From: Caldisericia bacterium
GTDB lineage: Bacteria > Caldisericota > Caldisericia > JAAYUI01
Direction: 5' to 3'
Length of the DNA: 64,000 nt
Assembly (NCBI GenBank): GCA_963674785.1
Contig: OY771555.1
Coordinates: 1,728,001-1,792,000, forward strand
The notes beneath the pieces are model-generated. The model had not been told where the DNA came from. It saw only the letters and a program-made list of their open reading frames with translations, and did not search any database. Numbering within the stretch: the stretch's first letter is position 1; every line of letters starts with the position of its first letter. Positions 62,599 through 64,000 of the stretch are shown here, in pieces. Made by a program: the position numbers and the translations under genes.

Positions 62599-64000
62599 GT
62601 GCGAAAAACGAGTTATATGCTTATTTCAATTGTTTTAGGTTTCATGTTGCTTAGTGGATGCACTTTGTGCCAGCTGAAAGACCTACCCGACCCAATAAAA
62701 GTTCCCGTTCTTGTTGAAGCTGAAGAGGCAAAAGAGGAGTTTTTTCCTCTTGGATGGTATTCCTCGCTTGAACCTTCTGAACTTAAGGAGATTGCCGATC
62801 TTGGCGGAAACTTCGTCATCACATATGTTTTGTCGGGAAGGGAAGACCACAAGATAAAACCGTTCCTTGATGAAGCAGAAAGACTGGGGATTCAGGTTCT
62901 TCTTGATGTAACTGCTGACTGGATGTGGCTTGATGATGATATGCCTCAGCCTTCACATTCAATTGGTGACTGGCGATGGAGCTTCGAATACGCTTACTCA
63001 AAAAGAGCGTCTCATCACGGTGCATTCAGAAAAAATGCTCAAAATGATCATGGGTTCAGATTTGCCGAGGGCGGATACCCAGTTATGAACATCCAGCCCC
63101 ATGACATTATTGAGAATTGGATATACATCCCATCTGATTCAAATGTTTCTGAGCTTATGATTGAATTCTGGGCTGCGAAACTCACTGGGGGATTCAGTTG
63201 GAAATATCGTGTCTATTGGGGTGAAGATAAATGCCAGAGATACTTTGACGGAGAAAAACTTCCAAAAGTTAGAGCAGGAGACATTCCCAAAGAACGTGAC
63301 CAGTGGGTAAAACTAGCATTTGATGTTGACCTTATTGGGCTTGACCAAACCGTTGTTCATGGAATCAATTTTGTAAACTATGGTTCACAGGTGTATTGGG
63401 ATAAACTCACCAGAAGAACAGGTAAAAAGAGACTCGAAGAAAGAGTTGCAGAATTCTGGGATCATCCCGCACTTTACGGATGGTATCTTTGTGATGAACC
63501 AGAAATGAGAAACATTACTCCCGAAAGAATGAAAGAGATATACGATATTGTTCGAGCTGCTGACCCTGACCCAAACAATATTCTTGCCCCAGTCTACCAG
63601 GACTGGAAGGTTGTTGAACCCTACTCAAACTCATCAGATGAGATTTTTATCGATTGTTATCCAGTTGAAACAGATAGACAGGTTCTCGATTGGATGACAA
63701 AATGGGTCTCTGAAGCACAGAGAGTTGCCACGAAACAGGGCAAAAAGTTCTACTTCATCCCACAGGCATTCGGTGACATCTCAGCGTATCCACACTGGAC
63801 AAAACCAAACGAACATCAGTTCAGATGGATGACTTGGACTCCAATAATAATGGGTGCAAGAGGAATTTGCTATTGGGCATATTACGTTGCTCCCGACTAT
63901 CTGATTGCTCAATCAAAAGAGTTGTTTGCTGAGATTAGAAGCTGTATGGATTATTTCCAGTTTGGTGATGTTGTAACAGGATTATCTTGCAATATCACAG
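62599..64000 (+). CDS. Lipoprotein with glycoside-hydrolase-like TIM-barrel domain (partial, runs off the window), not in the ORF track
   Basis: GTG start, lipobox MLLSG-C; FFPLGWY, HPALYGWYLCDEP, IDCYP, FIPQAFG, GARGICYW. Confidence 0.72.
   Translation, partial: MRKTSYMLISIVLGFMLLSGCTLCQLKDLPDPIKVPVLVEAEEAKEEFFPLGWYSSLEPSELKEIADLGGNFVITYVLSGREDHKIKPFLDEAERLGIQVLLDVTADWMWLDDDMPQPSHSIGDWRWSFEYAYSKRASHHGAFRKNAQNDHGFRFAEGGYPVMNIQPHDIIENWIYIPSDSNVSELMIEFWAAKLTGGFSWKYRVYWGEDKCQRYFDGEKLPKVRAGDIPKERDQWVKLAFDVDLIGLDQTVVHGINFVNYGSQVYWDKLTRRTGKKRLEERVAEFWDHPALYGWYLCDEPEMRNITPERMKEIYDIVRAADPDPNNILAPVYQDWKVVEPYSNSSDEIFIDCYPVETDRQVLDWMTKWVSEAQRVATKQGKKFYFIPQAFGDISAYPHWTKPNEHQFRWMTWTPIIMGARGICYWAYYVAPDYLIAQSKELFAEIRSCMDYFQFGDVVTGLSCNIT

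Overview
AT-rich bacterial chromosomal window with mostly housekeeping genes. I saw no CRISPR array, transposase or prophage. The gene style and a C-terminal copper-amine-oxidase 'stalk' protein suggest a Caldisericia-like anaerobe, but that is inference only. The left 16.7 kb (minus strand) is one contiguous unit: an 11-subunit complex-I-like module (nuoABCDHIJKLMN, no nuoEFG) running directly into an F1Fo operon with a b-delta fusion and a short epsilon. The middle holds alaX, asparaginase II, rho, rnhA, a CAT-anticodon tRNA, two roadblock genes, a radical SAM gene, pheST, polX, mutS2, DUF4388, an MglA-like GTPase, a TPR-CofE-like fusion, tldD/pmbA and alr. The right side holds recG, an ABC-F gene, an SDR pseudogene, tRNA-Asn, hpf, secA, prfB (+1 frameshift), selB, tRNA-Sec, a trk cluster and three small membrane-protein genes. 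The main discovery is that the ORF called at 39954 most likely starts at 39648 with a signal peptide and reads through an in-frame TGA in a U-x-x-C motif followed by a SECIS-like hairpin. This predicts a ~775-aa exported multi-Ig/stalk thioredoxin-fold selenoprotein, and selB and selC lie in the same window. Other signals are an ECF-type promoter motif shared by the nuo-atp operon and two membrane-protein genes, recurrent leaderless starts, and a homopolymer frameshift in trkA.
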